From the NCBI GenBank assembly GCA_951406725.2, contig OX597819.1, positions 28,520,001-28,584,000 of the forward strand: 64,000 nt of DNA, read 5' to 3'. Of the stretch, positions 48,476 to 62,964 are shown piece by piece. Every line of letters starts with the position of its first letter. The first letter of the stretch is position 1. This DNA is from Octopus vulgaris (lineage: Eukaryota). The position numbers and the translations under genes were made by a program. The notes below the pieces were generated by a model. It did no database searches and was not told the DNA's origin. It saw nothing but the letters and a program-made list of their open reading frames with translations.

Positions 48476-51042
48476 TGGATGAAAATGCAAAGTCATATAA
48501 TAATGTTACTGATACAATGAAACAGTATCATTTGCTAACAATATCAAAGACAGCTATCTAATTCTTGCTAAATCATTCTTACAACTAATCTTTCTTTCTC
48601 AAATGATTCTTTAAATTCATTACAAATAAGAAAATTTTTACTAAAAATTGAAGCTGTTGGATTTTATTCCAGTAAAATCTGTCTTCTCTTTGTTTTTCAC
48701 TTTCTACTTATTCATATTGTGCGCGAATATGAAATAGAGATAAATACCGGTGATTATCTCGAGAGCCATAAATAACAAGTTGCTAGAGTTGAAGATAACA
48801 GTTCATATCCTATGACGAACACAGTATATTGAAATACTCTGTTTACTTTGCAATAAAAGGTACAAGATTTCATGCTATTGATTATATCAACTGTATTCAT
48901 GGGTAAGTTTGAAATGACAATAGATTCTGTACACTTCTAGTCCAAATGTGTACAGAACATTCAATGTATAGAGAAAAATGGAGCCCATTGGTCTGACGAT
49001 TGTGGTATATATATTTGCCCATTATTTAAATATAATAATTTATCCATTAGTCAAACATAAATTGAAATATTTGCAAAGGGAGTTGCAAATGTTATATAAT
49101 GCTTCCTAACATTCTTTTGTTTTATTCTTTACCTTTAATTAAATATGGCGGCTCAAACTAAATGTGAACAAATTGTTGCATTGAAAACGGTTTGTATGAA
49201 GAATTAAAGGCTATGGAGAAAGCAAAGGGTGGCCATTTTGAATTGTGAATATATGTAAAATATCATCAATAAATACAAGTATCAACCTGTAAACTTTCAT
49301 AAGCCAAAACCTAAAACTTTTTATTTTTATTTTATGATAAAATGAGTAATGGGTAAATATATATATAAGTTTATATTTTAGTATTGCTGTTTTATCACCT
49401 ATAAATCAACAAATTCCAGCAAATGTGATTCATTATATGAATTCTACCTTTCTCTGATACACTTCAGATACATGCTTCCTTGGTGAAAACACAGCTTAGA
49501 TGAACTACTGGATGATAAGAATTTGAAATTTATGCATTATTCTCTGGTCGTTTGATATGGAAAATCTGTTCCTGGTTTTTCTCAAGTCTAGCCTGTAATC
49601 CTTGTCAGATTAAAGAGACAAGATGCAAGCACAGCTGCATGTCTAAGAAGTTTGTTTCTCAACCACATGGTTTTGGGATCAGTTCCACTGCATGGTGCTT
49701 TAGGCAGGTGTCTTCTACTTTAGCTCCAAGATGATCAAGGCCTTGAGAATAAATTTGTCAGATGGAAATTGAATGAAGCCTTCCAAAGATATAAATATAT
49801 ATATGCACATCAATTCTGGCACAGAGGATGATAAATGAACATATAGAAAATCAAGGAAAACACACTCAATAGATGCTAACATTCTCATCCCCCACATCAG
49901 TTATTGACTAAATTTGTCCATGATTTTGGCACCTATGATAATACTGTTCAATTTAGTAATGTCAACAACATAAGTTGCCGGGGCATGAATGAACAGATGT
50001 AAAAGATGAAGATGAAAAGAAAAAAAAAATACATGTACAGTAACAGGAAAAGATGAGGTCTTTAGGCAGGATGGTAAATAAAGATGAGTTGCAAAGAGAA
50101 CAGGGAAACGTATATAATGAAGAAACAAATAAGTAAGGACAATAACAGAAAAATATCAAAGAATATAGAAAGAATATTGGTGAACAAAGAGGGTCTTGTG
50201 ATTGTAGGACAAAAATAAGATATGTTTGTGTGAAATAACACTCATAGGAAAGAAAGTGGTTCTTTCATATTTATAAAAATATTAAAGAAAATTTTAAAAA
50301 TATTTTTTAAAGTAGGACCAACCAGAAGCAGAAACTGCATTTTAGTATATGTTTGTGTAAATGAGTTTATTTTACCTCTTGCCTTCATGTGTGTTCCCTG
50401 GTTGTAAACAAAAGGCTCATACAAACATTGCTCTGTGTAATCATGTCCAGACTGTTTGTTATTAAAAAAAGACTTGGGGATTATCATTTCACTTGGAAAC
50501 TGGTGGAGGTTGACATAAAGAAGGGCATCCAGCTAAAGAAAAATTGCCTCCCAGCTTACTTTTATCTTAAATGTTGAAAAGTATACATTAATTCACAACA
50601 ATGACAACCACATCAATGATGGTGGTGATGGTGGATGTGGTGATGATGATGATGATGATGGTGGTAGTGATGTTATTGATGAGGATGATGATGGGGTGGT
50701 GGTGGTGGTGGCAGTGGTGATGATGACTATGATGAGGATGATGGTGTTGATGATGATGATGATGATGATGACGGTGGTGAGGATGATGATAGTAATGATG
50801 ATGATGAATCATTGTCTTGTTATTGATTCTTATCAAATTATAATATATTATAAAACTACAAGTACAGACAGGACTGTGTGGTTAAGAAATTCTCCTTATG
50901 GCTACTTGGTTTGGGATCTGGTCCTACTTTGTGCCACCAAACTGACCATCGGGTTGGGAGTGGAATTTGGTAGATGGAAACTGCATGGAATGAAAGTTCA
51001 TTGCTTATACCTATTTATCTATCTGTCTGTCCATCCATCCGC

Positions 51043-51077
<35 letters not shown>

Positions 51078-51078
51078 C

Positions 51079-51154
<76 letters not shown>

Positions 51155-52505
51155 GCATATTTATGTAAATATACACACATGCACACACACATGCGTATAT
51201 ACATATATATATACACATATATGCATTATACATATAATCTTTTTCTTCTCTCATCTTCTCCTTCCCTTTATAACTGTTTTCTTATACCCCAACCATACTT
51301 TTATCTACTCTGGTACAGTCTATTGACATTTTCATCTTCACTGACTTTTTTTCTCCCAATATAAATAAGCAAAACATAAAGTTTGGCAGATGCACAATGT
51401 AAGAGCACACCTTTGATGCAGGTCTGAGGGAAGACCCATTCTAATATTTAAAACTGCAAATCTCTATATATATAAACGGCAAAATATGTGTTACAGTCTC
51501 TTTATGACTTCTTATTTGGGTAACATATTTATATATCATCATCATAACCGTCATCATCATTATCATCATTTAACGTCCATTTTCCATGCTGACATGGGTT
51601 GAATAGAGCTGGTAAGACTGGGGATGGGGGGGGGGGATTTGCACCAGGCTCCATAGTCTCTTCTGGCATAGTTTCTATGACTTAATGCCTTTACTAATGC
51701 CAACCTCTTCACAGAGTGTACTGGCTGCTTTTTATTTGACACCAGCAACATTGCTTGTAATGTGGCATGACACAAGTGATTTTTTTTTATGTGTCACCAG
51801 CACCAGTGCCTTTTATGTGGCACCAGAACCAATACACACCTACACACATATGCCTGTATGTGTGTGTGCATCTGTTCCTAACCACGTTTTCATATTGGCA
51901 CTATTTAGCCAGCAGTAACAATGTTTATATCCTAGATAAATAAAACATCCAGCAGCTTACCATTTTACCTAAAAAAAAAAAAATGGAGCAATTGGCATCA
52001 AGGAGAGTATTTGGTCATAGAATACTGTCTCAAGTCTTAGAATATTGTTTAAATTTTGTTGGATTTATTGAAAAAAAGAAATGGATAAATTCAATGGTGA
52101 TGATGATGATGTCAATGCTGCTGCTGCTGCTGTTGTTGTTTAGCAACTACTGGCTGGATAGTTGGTCAGTGCTGCTCCTCAATCACAACCTACCTCTCCG
52201 CCATCCTCAGCCATCTCTTCCTTAGGATGTGCAGATGGTGGAGGAACAGTGAAGTTGGGTAGGTGGCTCCTGAAAACTTGACCCCGCAGGGGGGGGGGGG
52301 GGGCTGGAGCCATCACGTCTCGGGTTGTTGAAATTTTTTTTTTTTTTTAGCTGGTAGTTGTTGGTTGAGAACTGTTCTTTGCCAATTGGCACCCCCAACA
52401 CCTCTGGGAGGTCGTTCTTGAGTTGGGGTTACTGCTGCTATCACTGAGCCGCTGCTGTCATTGAGCTGCTGCTCTCACTAAGCTGCTGCTGCCTGCTGCT
52501 GCTGC

Positions 52506-52999
52506 TTCTCTTCTTCCAGTCAGGACTCATGCCGTTAGCCACAAAGAATAATCTCTAATTCCAGCCTATTCTAATCTACTAAGAATGCGTGTGGCAACTT
52601 GAAGATCCACCCACTACATGCGACAGACTAGCGGTTGCATGGGCGCAAAAGCTACATTGTTATCCTCATTCTGTAAACGGTGGCTTTTAATGGGTGGAGA
52701 GCTGAACCATCCTGGGGTACAGAGGATTTGCAATCTAGACTAGGGTCTGAAAGTTTACCACACTATAGTGGGTTACACCATGGTTCCTCTGCCTTGTAGC
52801 AGAAGTAGGAAGAAAGAGTGAGAAAAAGTTGTGGTGAAAGAGTACAGCGGGGTTCATCACCCAGCCCCGCTGGAACCTCGTGGAGCTTAGGTGTTTTTTT
52901 TGCTCAATAAACACTCACAATGCCCGGTCTGGGAATCGAAACCGCGTTCTTATGACCATGAGTCTGCTGCCCTAACCACTGGACCATTGCGCCTCCACT
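52506..52999 (-). mobile_element. tRNA-derived SINE (head type C, tail type 2)
   Basis: Colinear with 5459-5943; inserted in a (CTG)n tract. Confidence 0.85.
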
Positions 53000-53508
53000 C
53001 TGCTGCTGCTGTTGATGATGATGAAGGTGATGTTAATGATGATAATGATGTGCCAGTGCCACATTACATTCATTCCTCTTATTATTTATTTTTCACTCAT
53101 ATCCAGTTTTTTTGCCATGGCTCATTTTAACTGGTCTCTTCTTATAAATGCTGTGCATGTCATTTGAATTCAGAATTTGAATTGTGTAGAAAGATGTTGA
53201 CAAACTAATTCTGCTGGTTGGGAAACACATTTAGCCCCAGGGTATGTTTTTTTGTGTTGATTTCTATGCACAGGAATGTCATCCTGAAGAGAAGAATGGA
53301 TCCATTTTTGGTTCCTAACTTCGAAATGGCAATAGAGGACTAACTTTTATTTTTATCTAAATTTTGAATCCTTATGTCATGTCGCTCACTGACAGCATTT
53401 ATAGTTGAGGAGATTGAATATGAGTGATTATAGTGGCTTTAGAGCAGTTTTGACTGCTATTTCTTAGCATGTAAGGGTTTTTATAACCCTCTCCTTTATA
53501 ATTGTGAT

Positions 53509-53908
53509 GGTGGAGGTGCAATGGCCCAGTGGTTAGGGCAGCGGACTCGCGGTCGTAGGATCGCGGTTTCGTTTCGCAGTGTTTATTCAATTCCCAGTGT
53601 TGTGAGTGTTTATTGAGCGAAAACACCTAAAGCTCCATGAGGCTCCAGCAGGGATGGTGGTGATCCCTGCTGTACTCTTTCACCACAACTTTCTCTCACT
53701 CTTACTTCCTGTTTCTGTTGTACCTGTATTTCAAAGGGCCGGCCTTGTCACTCTCTATGTCACGCTGAATATCCCTGAGAACTACGTTAAGGGTACACGT
53801 GTCTGTGGAGTGCTCAGCCACTTACACGTTAATTTCACGAGCAGGCTGTTCCGTTGATCGGATCAACCGGAACCCTCATCGTCGTAACTGACGGAGTGCT
53901 TCCATCCC
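53509..53908 (+). mobile_element. tRNA-derived SINE (head type C, tail type 1)
   Basis: Colinear with 8753-9149; TSD ATAATTGTGAT at 53498-53508 and 53909-53919. Confidence 0.88.
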
Positions 53909-55009
53909 ATAATTGTGATTTATTCACAATTATATACTCTTCTTTAATGATGAATATATATATATACTAAGAAGCCATACAATAATAACATGTACACACA
54001 ACATAATGCTATTTGTTATTTGTTATTTTATTTAATCTAGTTATTTTATTTAATATCAAACAATATATTTTCCCTACTATCACTTATCATATCACACCAC
54101 ACCATACCCCCATCGTACCACGTCATTCTATACCATAGCATCAATATTTCATTAGAATTAAAATCAAGAATGAATATCAAAATCAGATGCTTTTCACAGT
54201 TGTTAATTGAAAACTGATGTTTTCATTAGAAATTAGCTAGCCGCATCAGAACATAGCTTCCAGATTTATCAATATTTATAAATTTTTATGTTATCTATCA
54301 AATTTTTGAGCACAGAATGGCTGCCATGGTTTTCAGTTTTCTCAGTCCCATGCCATTATTACTATTCTTAGATTGTGGCCATTGACTTTTGAAACAACTA
54401 AACTTGCACAAGATTTGTTATTTTTAAAATTTGTAATATTTAATTTTAAATATTCATATTGCCTTTGGAAAGTTAACTAGCATGAGGAAAAATAATAACA
54501 AAGTCAGGATGTTATTCTATTGACGACTGAGGTTTTAAATAATTATAAAATGATACAAACATAAATAAAGTAGAAATAGCAAATATTATTACATAAATAT
54601 TAATCATATAATATTAGAAAAAGATAAAATAATCACTTGAGGTGTCAACAACTGTCTCTTATGATGCCTTTCAGTAAGAAGTTATCCTGCAAAATGTCAG
54701 CTAGTTACTTGTTTTAAGACAGCTTTGCTGAATATTTACTTTAACCATACCAAATAAACATATCAGATAGTATTTAAAGTTGCTGGGCCATAAGATAATA
54801 TGAAATGATAGTTAAAATTCAAAATAAAGTTGTAATGCGTTTTTACTTGTTCCTGCCAGAATTTATTTTCCTAATTTACAATTCACATTTAAAAATAATC
54901 TACTTTATTTTATAAAAAGAAATCTGTTCAGTAGAAAAGTTAAACTGAGATACAAAAAGGATATTAAACCTTAAAAGAATGTATTTAAGAGATAAAAGAA
55001 CATGTCAAT

Positions 55010-55388
55010 AGTTAGGACTTGAACAACTTGACTTTTTCGTTTTCCACATGAAACGGAAAATAAGGCTGGAGAAGAAATGCCTGTTGCAAAGTGTGATTCG
55101 TAAAAGATGGAAGTCTATAGCAAGTATGTTGCGAGTGAAAGAACTTGTTTAAACGAGAATGTTAAAAAGGAGAAAGCAAAGTCTTCAGTGTGAGTATGTG
55201 GTTTGTAGGGTCAACTGCGTCCTCCGCTTCATTTTTTGTTAATCACTCATTCTCATTTAATTGTATATATTTTAATTGTTTGTTTATTCATACGTTTCAT
55301 CTCATTCGATACCCTGACCCCAACGTTTGTTTTGTCTGTCCCCGTATTGTCCCCTCTTTTTCTCAACCTTATGGTGAATAAAGAAATA
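55010..55388 (+). mobile_element. L1/Tx1-like LINE 3' end
   Basis: FFVFHMKRKIRLEKKCLLQSVIRKRWKSIASMLRV*, T-rich UTR and AATAAAGAAA; homologous to the C-terminus at 56100-56236. Confidence 0.6.
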
Positions 55389-55689
55389 CTCTAATTTACT
55401 AAGTGAACATACTATTGATTACATAACAAACCACCTACTCTTAAAAAATTAAATAATATAATTGGGGATTTTTCTTCTATTTTGACTTTATTATTTCATC
55501 ACTACAAGATATTTCATCAGTCCCTTATTACTAGCAGAAAAAACTAATCTACTGACGTCCAACATAATGAACTGTTGCAAACGTTAAAACCAGGCTAGGC
55601 AACTTGCTATGTTGGACATTAGGAGTAGAACCTAGATATATGCTTTGAGACCTATCAGTGAGTCTTACTTTTCCTATCACAAATCAATG

Positions 55690-56345
55690 TCACAAATTAA
55701 TGGTTGGGACCTATGGATAACTTCCAGAAATTCCTGGCCTGGCAGTGCTACCGGGGGGGGGGGGGGCTCTGCTGGTTCATGATAAGCTCCACAGGCAATG
55801 GTGTGCACTCAGACTGGCTTGTTCGAGATGTATGTGGAGTGATGAAACCATTCTGCATGCTCTTGTTCAGTATCCATGCATTGCTGACTTTTAGAGCTTT
55901 GTCGAACAGTTATTGTTACATGTAGGATGGATCCAGCTATCATCTGAGTCCATTTTGAAGATTGCCCCACCTCTTTCCTTTGGCCAGGAAGGACAGGCAG
56001 TTTTTCTCTGTCTGGTGGCTATGGTGAAAGTGGTTGTGCGGTGGATGTAATTGAAAGGGTTGAAGATGGGTATCTTCCTCTTCGGCCAAGGCCTCATTGA
56101 CTTTTTCAGGTTCCAACTGAAGAGGAAAGTGAGGCTGGAGAGGGAGGTGTTATCACCCAGTAAGTTTGTTGAAAGGTGGGTAAATGTGGCAAGAATGGCC
56201 CATGTGAATGGGCTTATTCTAAGTGTGTGCCTGTAGGCCAAATGGAATGAAGAGGAGAGGGGTGTCTACCTAAGGTGTCTTTGATGTTAAGGGGCCCAAA
56301 GTGTGTGAGGTTCCTTTGGTCACTTCTTGATGGAACTCTCTCCTA
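55690..56345 (+). mobile_element. L1/Tx1-like LINE ORF2 C-terminal fragment
   Basis: LAWQCYR...LVHDKLHR...ACSRCMWSDETILHALVQYP (degenerate CCHC knuckle)...FFRFQLKRKVRLEREVLSPSKFVERW. Confidence 0.7.
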
Positions 56346-56385
56346 TTGGGGAAGTACATTGTTGGTTTAATATCCTTGTTAATTT

Positions 56386-56811
56386 ACTCTTTCTCTTTTA
56401 CTTGTTTCAGTCATTTGACTATGGCCATGCTGGAGCACCGCCTTTAGTCGAGCAACTCGACCCCGGGACTTATTCTTTGTAAGCCCAGTACTTATTCTAT
56501 TGGTCTCTTTTGCCGAACCACTAAGTGACGGGGACGTAAACACACCAGCATTGGTTGTCAAGTGATGTTGGGGGAACAAACACAGACACACAAACATATA
56601 CACACACATGCATATACACATACATATACATATACATATACATATATACGACGGGCTTCTTTCAGTTTCCGTCTACCAAATCCACTCACAAGGCTTTGGT
56701 CGGCCCGGGGCTATAGCAGAAGACGCTTGCCCAAGATGCCATGCAGTGGGACTGAACCCGGAACCATGTGGTTGGTTAGCAAGCTACTTACCACACAGCC
56801 ACTCCTGCGCC
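56386..56811 (-). mobile_element. SINE family A
   Basis: Full-length reverse complement of 10921-11310. Confidence 0.88.
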
Positions 56812-58111
56812 TTGTTGAGTTTTTTTGCTGTTTACACGTTTAACCTCAATGTCCCTCATCTGTGTTTGGCTCTGATGGCCAATAAAGAAAGTATTATTAC
56901 TATTATTATTATTATTGTTAGCATGTTGGACAAAATGTCAAGCAGCATTTTTATCACGTTTTACAGTCTTTTATCACTCTTTACAGGTCTTGTGCCTATA
57001 ATGGAAATAGCTGGCAAAATTTTTAGTGTGTTGGACAAAATGCTTACTGGCGTTTCTTTTGATTCTTTACCTTCTGAATTCAAATCTCTGAGGTCAACTT
57101 TGCCTTTCATCCTTTTGGTGTCAATAAAATAAAAAAAAACCCAGTCAAATACTAGGGTCAAATAATCAACGAACTCCCTCCCCTCTCAAAAAACTACCGG
57201 CCTTGTGCTTAAATTAGAAACCAATATCAGGGCAGTAAGCTGGCTCAATTGTTAGAATATTGGAAAAATTCCTTGTGAGAATTGTTCTGGCTCATTATGT
57301 TTTGAATTCGAATTCTATTGGGTTCAACTTTACTTTTCCTCCCTCAGGGGTTGATAAGGTCAAGTAGCAGGGTAAACGGTATTAACCAACCCATTCTCTT
57401 CAGATTGCTGGCCTTGTGCCTATGTTATTATTATTAAATATGGAGTAATTTAACCTTTACATTTACTTTTCCACTAATAAAATAAAAGTATTTGTAAAAT
57501 AAAAATTGCTTTCTTTTCAACCGATGCAAGAAAAATGTGATTGAGCCTGAATGCACACACACACACACACACACAAATGAGGAAACAAACAAGAGGGAGT
57601 AGCACTCAATACATGCAGTTGAGTTACATGTATTTAATAGCAGTTCCACATGACTTAAAGTTTCATAGGTTCCAAGGACATGACCATCTAATCAGCTGTT
57701 CAGTGGAATGTTTAAAACAAATTCAAGCTGGCTTCTCGATGTTTAAGCCTCTGTTTGATGGCACTGATCATGTAGTAAATGCTATCAAAGTGACAACATT
57801 TATTTTCTTTATTTTTAGGTCCACACATATTGACAGGATGATGGTGCTACTTTGAAGGTGGGCTGTGACATAGTATATTGTGTAATGCTAATTCCTTGTA
57901 TTGGTTTCCACTCATGGTGTAGTAAAATGATGGAGTTTGAACACATTAGCAGCAACAGTCTTTTACATGGGAGTAACCATTTTAATGGTATTGAGTTTCA
58001 ATTGAGGTTGTGTGACCAACATGAGTGGGCTGTGGTCTATAGTGTTGGCAGCGATTAAATATCTGCCCTTGTGTGAGGGTCAGCCAGGTGTAGGGTGGTA
58101 TATTCAGATTG

Positions 58112-58345
58112 AAGGCGGCGAACTGGCAGAATCGTTAGCATGCCGGGTGAAATGCTTAGCGGTATTTCGTCTGCCGCTACGTTCTGGATTCAAATTCCGT
58201 TGAGGTCGAATTTTGCCTTTCATCCTTTCGGAGTCGATAAATTAAGTACCAGTTACACACTGGGGTCAATGTAATCGACTTAATACCTATGTCTGTACTT
58301 GTTTGTCCCCTCTATGTTTAGCCCCTTGTGGGTGATAAAGAAATA
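58112..58345 (+). mobile_element. SINE family B
   Basis: 15-bp TSD GGTATATTCAGATTG at 58097-58111 and 58346-58360. Confidence 0.9.
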
Positions 58346-58429
58346 GGTATATTCAGATTGTCAGTAGCCAGAGACATTAAGTGAATTAATAAGGCATAGC
58401 TCTGGTGGCAACAATAAGATAATTCATTT

Positions 58430-58960
58430 TTCCTGTTGATGGAAACTGTGGGTTGTTGGAGTGTGTGTGTGTGTGAATTCTAGGTGAGTAGGGAGGAACC
58501 CTGTTATGAATATTTCATTTGGTGTTGTGGATGACATTTTGATGATCGCAGAGCCTCCAGATGAAGAAGGTCAGGGAGGTGGAGTTTCCCTATCCTTGCA
58601 CCTGAAGGAATGCATGTACTGTATATATCTTTCCTTAAAGTTATTGACTGTCATGTCCATGTAATGTCTTGTGATGCCATCAAACGGTGTGAGGTTGACT
58701 CTATAAACTACAATCTTTGAGAGGCAGGATGCTCTGAGTGAATACTTGAGGATTTTGGTAGTTACAAGTTGAAGTGTGAATTGGAGGGTGAGTTGGTGTG
58801 TGTCAGTACCTGTTGTAGCATGCAATGTTTGATGTGATAGTGTCCTAACTTAAGTAGCTAACTTTGATGTTATGGGAATGGAAGAGTTTATATCTATGGG
58901 CTCTAGGGAAACGCTTTTAGTGTCAGGAAGTTTCTAGCTGGGTAAGTGGAAATTTCTAGG
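58430..58960 (-). mobile_element. Decayed Penelope-like element (GIY-YIG region)
   Basis: FPRAHRYKLFHSHNIKVSY...CLSKIVVYRVNLT...HYMDMTVNNFKERYIQYMHSFR. Confidence 0.7.
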
Positions 58961-59008
58961 TTAAACTGAGGACCTAAGTAAAACAATTATTCAAAACACA
59001 CACATACA

Positions 59009-59067
<59 letters not shown>

Positions 59068-60218
59068 GGCATAAATGTATGGCTAAGAATTTCACTTCTC
59101 AGTTCTGTTGCTCCTGATTCAATCTCACAGCTTGGCACTTTAAGTGTTTTCTTCTAAACCCTGGGCTGATCAAAGCCCTGTGAGATGATTTGATAGATGG
59201 AAATAGAATAAAGCCTATTGCATAGGTGTATGTGTGTGTGTGTGTGTGTGTGTGCAAATATGTGTATCTACATGTATATATATATATATACATATGTATG
59301 TAAATATATATATATGTATGTATATATCATCATTGTCATCATCGTCATTTAACATCTGCTTTCCATGCTAGCATGGGTTGGAAGATTTGACTGAGGTCTG
59401 GTGAACCAGATGGCTGCACCTGACTCCAATCTGATCTGGCAGAGTATGTATATGTATATACATATGTATATATGTATATATATACATATATATATGTATA
59501 TACACACATACACACACACATATATATATTGTATTTGAAAATGCATGCACTGCTGATCATTATCTTCAGACGTTATCAAATACATTTTTAATGGAAGAGA
59601 ATGATGAGGATTATATTGAATTATATTTTTATTCTGTTAAGAAGATTACGTTTTTCATGATGGATCAAAACAGAACAAGAGATTAAAAAAAATTACAGCA
59701 CAGGATAAAAATAACAGCAGCTATAGCAACCAAGTTGTTTTACATTATATCTGTGTATGGTATTGCTCGTATTTACGGGGATGGACATAGTTCATATTCT
59801 TGGAAAGTGTCCAAGAAAACATTAGCAAAATGTTTCAAGTAACAGATTAATACAAGAAAGAATGAGGTTTGTGTGTATGTATGCATGCATGCATTTATGA
59901 TTTATATATCTGTTTGAGAGGAAGTTTTTGCAGTCTTTGGCTGATTGACGTGGCATGCAAGTCATAGTGTTCATTTCAATATTGAATTGCGTGGTTGTCA
60001 GAATTAGAGAGAAAGCAACAGAGTGTGAGAAAGTGAATGAGAGGATGTCTTTTATTTGTCAGGTTGACTGACGCTAGTTGACACTGCAACAATCTCTACT
60101 CGAAGTGTGAATACTTGGTTTTTATAACAGAGTATAGGCTTAGAACAGGGTGTCTGCAAAGAATGTTTCGTACCAAAATGAAGTGCTTTGACTGATAGAT
60201 TATAGCCATCAATACACA

Positions 60219-60519
60219 GTGGAGGCACATGGCCTAGTGGTTAGAGCAGCGGACTCGCAGTCGAGGGATCACGGGTTCGAATCTCAGACCAGACGATGTG
60301 TGTGCTTATGAGCGAAACAACTACGCTCCATGCGGATCCGGCAGAAGTTAATGGCGAAACTTCTGCTGACTCTTTCGCTACAACTTTCTCTCACTCTTTC
60401 CTCCTGCATCTTGCAGCTCACCTGTAATGGACCGGCATCCCATCCAGGTGGGGAACCTATATGCCAAGAAACCGGGAAACTGGCCCTTATGAGCCTGGCA
60501 TGGCTCGAGAAGGAACAAG
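60219..60519 (+). mobile_element. tRNA-derived SINE (head type C variant, tail type 3)
   Basis: GGAGGCACATGGCCTAGTGGTTAGAGCAGCGGACTCGC...GGGTTCGAATCTC head; TSD CATCAATACACA. Confidence 0.88.
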
Positions 60520-61022
60520 CATCAATACACACAAGTGCTCATATGAATTTTCCAATAAATGTCTATGTTCACATAACTGAAGTTATATGACCAATGTAAT
60601 TTAGCACGTGACAGAAGTTATGTGATCAGCAGGATTGGTTTTAAGCCAATCAGACAAATTTGTTCTAATTGGGCCCTGAGCCAAGAGAGCAAAGGGCACT
60701 ATGATGAATTTTTAGTATATCATTGTGGTTTATAGTGGAGCCTCAAACCCTCAATGCTTTTTACTGGCATGCTACATGAAACATAAAACATCAATCTTCA
60801 GCTTTTGTAGAATAGAGGGGGGCCCCACTGACAATTCTCTAATTGGGCCCTGCACTTCTAAGTGTTGGCCCCGGTGGCCAGTGTAACTTAGCATTGCTGG
60901 TGAGTCAAAATGCCAACAAATTTGTTTGAAGATTCTGTGCAGAATCTGTCAAGATTGGCATCAAACTGTATTGTGAAATACCCACATTAATTAGAAGAAA
61001 TCAGAGCCAGAAGAGTCATGAT

Positions 61023-61410
61023 GATGGAAGCACTCCGTCGGTTACGATGATGAAGGTTCCAGTTGATCTGAATCAACAGAACAGCCTGCTCGTGAAATTA
61101 ACGTGTAAGTGGCTGAGCACTCCACAGACACGTGCACCCTTAACGTAGTTCTCGAGGATATTCAGCGTGACACAGAGAGTGACAAGGCTGGCCCCTTGAA
61201 ATACAAGTACAACAGAAACAGGAAGTAAGAGTGAGAGAAAGTTGTGGTGAAAGAGTACAGCAGGGATCACCACCATCCCCTGCCGGAGCCTCGTGGATCT
61301 TTTAGGTGTTTTCACTCAAAAACACTCACAACGCCCGGTCTGGGAATCGAAACTGCGATCCTATGACCGCGAGTCCGCTGCCCTAATCACTGGGCCATTG
61401 CGCCTCCACT
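61023..61410 (-). mobile_element. tRNA-derived SINE (head type C, tail type 1)
   Basis: Reverse complement of 8753-9149; TSD GAAG(A/T)GTCATGA. Confidence 0.88.
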
Positions 61411-61546
61411 GAAGTGTCATGAAACTTGTTAATGAGAGAAGCAGTGTAGTGCTGTTACAACTTATAGCTTTGAACATTTAACCGATTGCTGGACAGGACA
61501 CCAGGAACATTTTGTGAATGTTGACTATTCTTTGTTTATTCATATA

Positions 61547-62008
61547 CTCTTTTACTTGTTTCAGTCATTTGACTGTGGCCATGCTGGAGCATCACCTTTT
61601 AGTCAAGCAAATCGACCCCAGGACTTATTCTTTGTAAGCCTAGTACTTATTCTATTGGTCTCTTTTGCTGAACTGCTAAGTTACGGGGACGTAAACACAC
61701 CAGCATCGACTGTCAAGCGATGTTGGGGTAAAAAATACAGGCACACAAACATATACACACATACATGCATACATGTAGAGGCGCAATGGCCTAGTGGTTA
61801 GGGCAGCGGACTCGTGGTCGCAGGATCGCGGTTTCGATTCTCAGACTGGGCGTTGTGTGTGTTTATTGAGCGAAAACACCTAAAAGCTCTACGAGGCTCC
61901 GGCAGGGGGTGGTGATCCCTGCTGTACTCTTTCACCACAATAGCGGTGCCCCAGCATGGCCACAGCTCAAGAGCTGAAACTGGAAAAACAAAAACAAAAC
62001 AAACAAAC

Positions 62009-62040
<32 letters not shown>

Positions 62041-62198
62041 GGCTTCTTTCAGTTTCTGCCTACCAAATCCACTCACAAGGCTTTGGTCAGCCTAAGGCTA
62101 TAGTAGAAGACACTTGCCCTAGGTACCACACAGTGGGACTGAACCCAGAACCACGTTGTTCGTAAGCAAGCTACTTACCACACAGCCACTAATACGCC
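61547..62198 (-). mobile_element. SINE family A with a head-type-C SINE (61778-62005, + strand) nested in its central microsatellite
   Basis: Family A tail at 61547-61770 and head at 62035-62198 flank an oppositely oriented GAGGCGCAATGGCCTAGTGG element. Confidence 0.85.
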
Positions 62199-62857
62199 TA
62201 TGTGGAGATATTTCTAGAATGAAGTCTGCTATTCTAACATCAGAACTAGCATTCTGTCGGTTATGATGATAAGGGTTCGAGTTGATCCAATTAATGGAAC
62301 AGCCTGCTGTTGAAATTAATGTGCAAGTAGTTGAGCACTTCACAGACACATGTATCCTTAACATAGTAGTCAGGGAGATTCAGTGTGACACAGAATGTGC
62401 CAAGGCTAGCCCTTTGAAATACACGTACAACTCATTTTTGTCAGCTGAGTGGACTGAAGTAACATGAAATAAAGTGTCTTGCCCAAGGAACACAATGCCA
62501 GTGGGAATTGAACACGTGACCTTACTATCATGAGTTGAATATCCTAACCACTGCTTGTCTTTCAATAGAAAGATAGTTATGTGGAAGTTGAGAGAAAGTT
62601 GAATCTGGTCTGTAAGTCTGAGTAAAGAGAGTAAGAGGTTGGTGGCATGGCTGATGGCCTGTGCTCAATGGAGTACAAGGTCCACAACTGATTGAGTGTA
62701 CCCTTAATTCAGGAAGAATTATTGTACTCTCTCTGCTATTCATAATTGTTTGTCCATCTTTTGACTATATATCTTATGGGTTCAAATATATCTCCAAACA
62801 TATTTGAGCTGGTAACAAATTTGTATTTATACACACCACTGCTTAGTGCTTCTATTT

Positions 62858-62892
<35 letters not shown>

Positions 62893-62964
62893 ATGTGTGC
62901 ATATATATACACACACACACATACATACATACATACATACATATGTATGTATATATATGTATGT

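Noticed and set aside
57795-57860. Possible coding exon after a strong acceptor (ttttctttatttttag)
   Set aside because: Stops in all three frames before the next GT donor and no recognisable protein.
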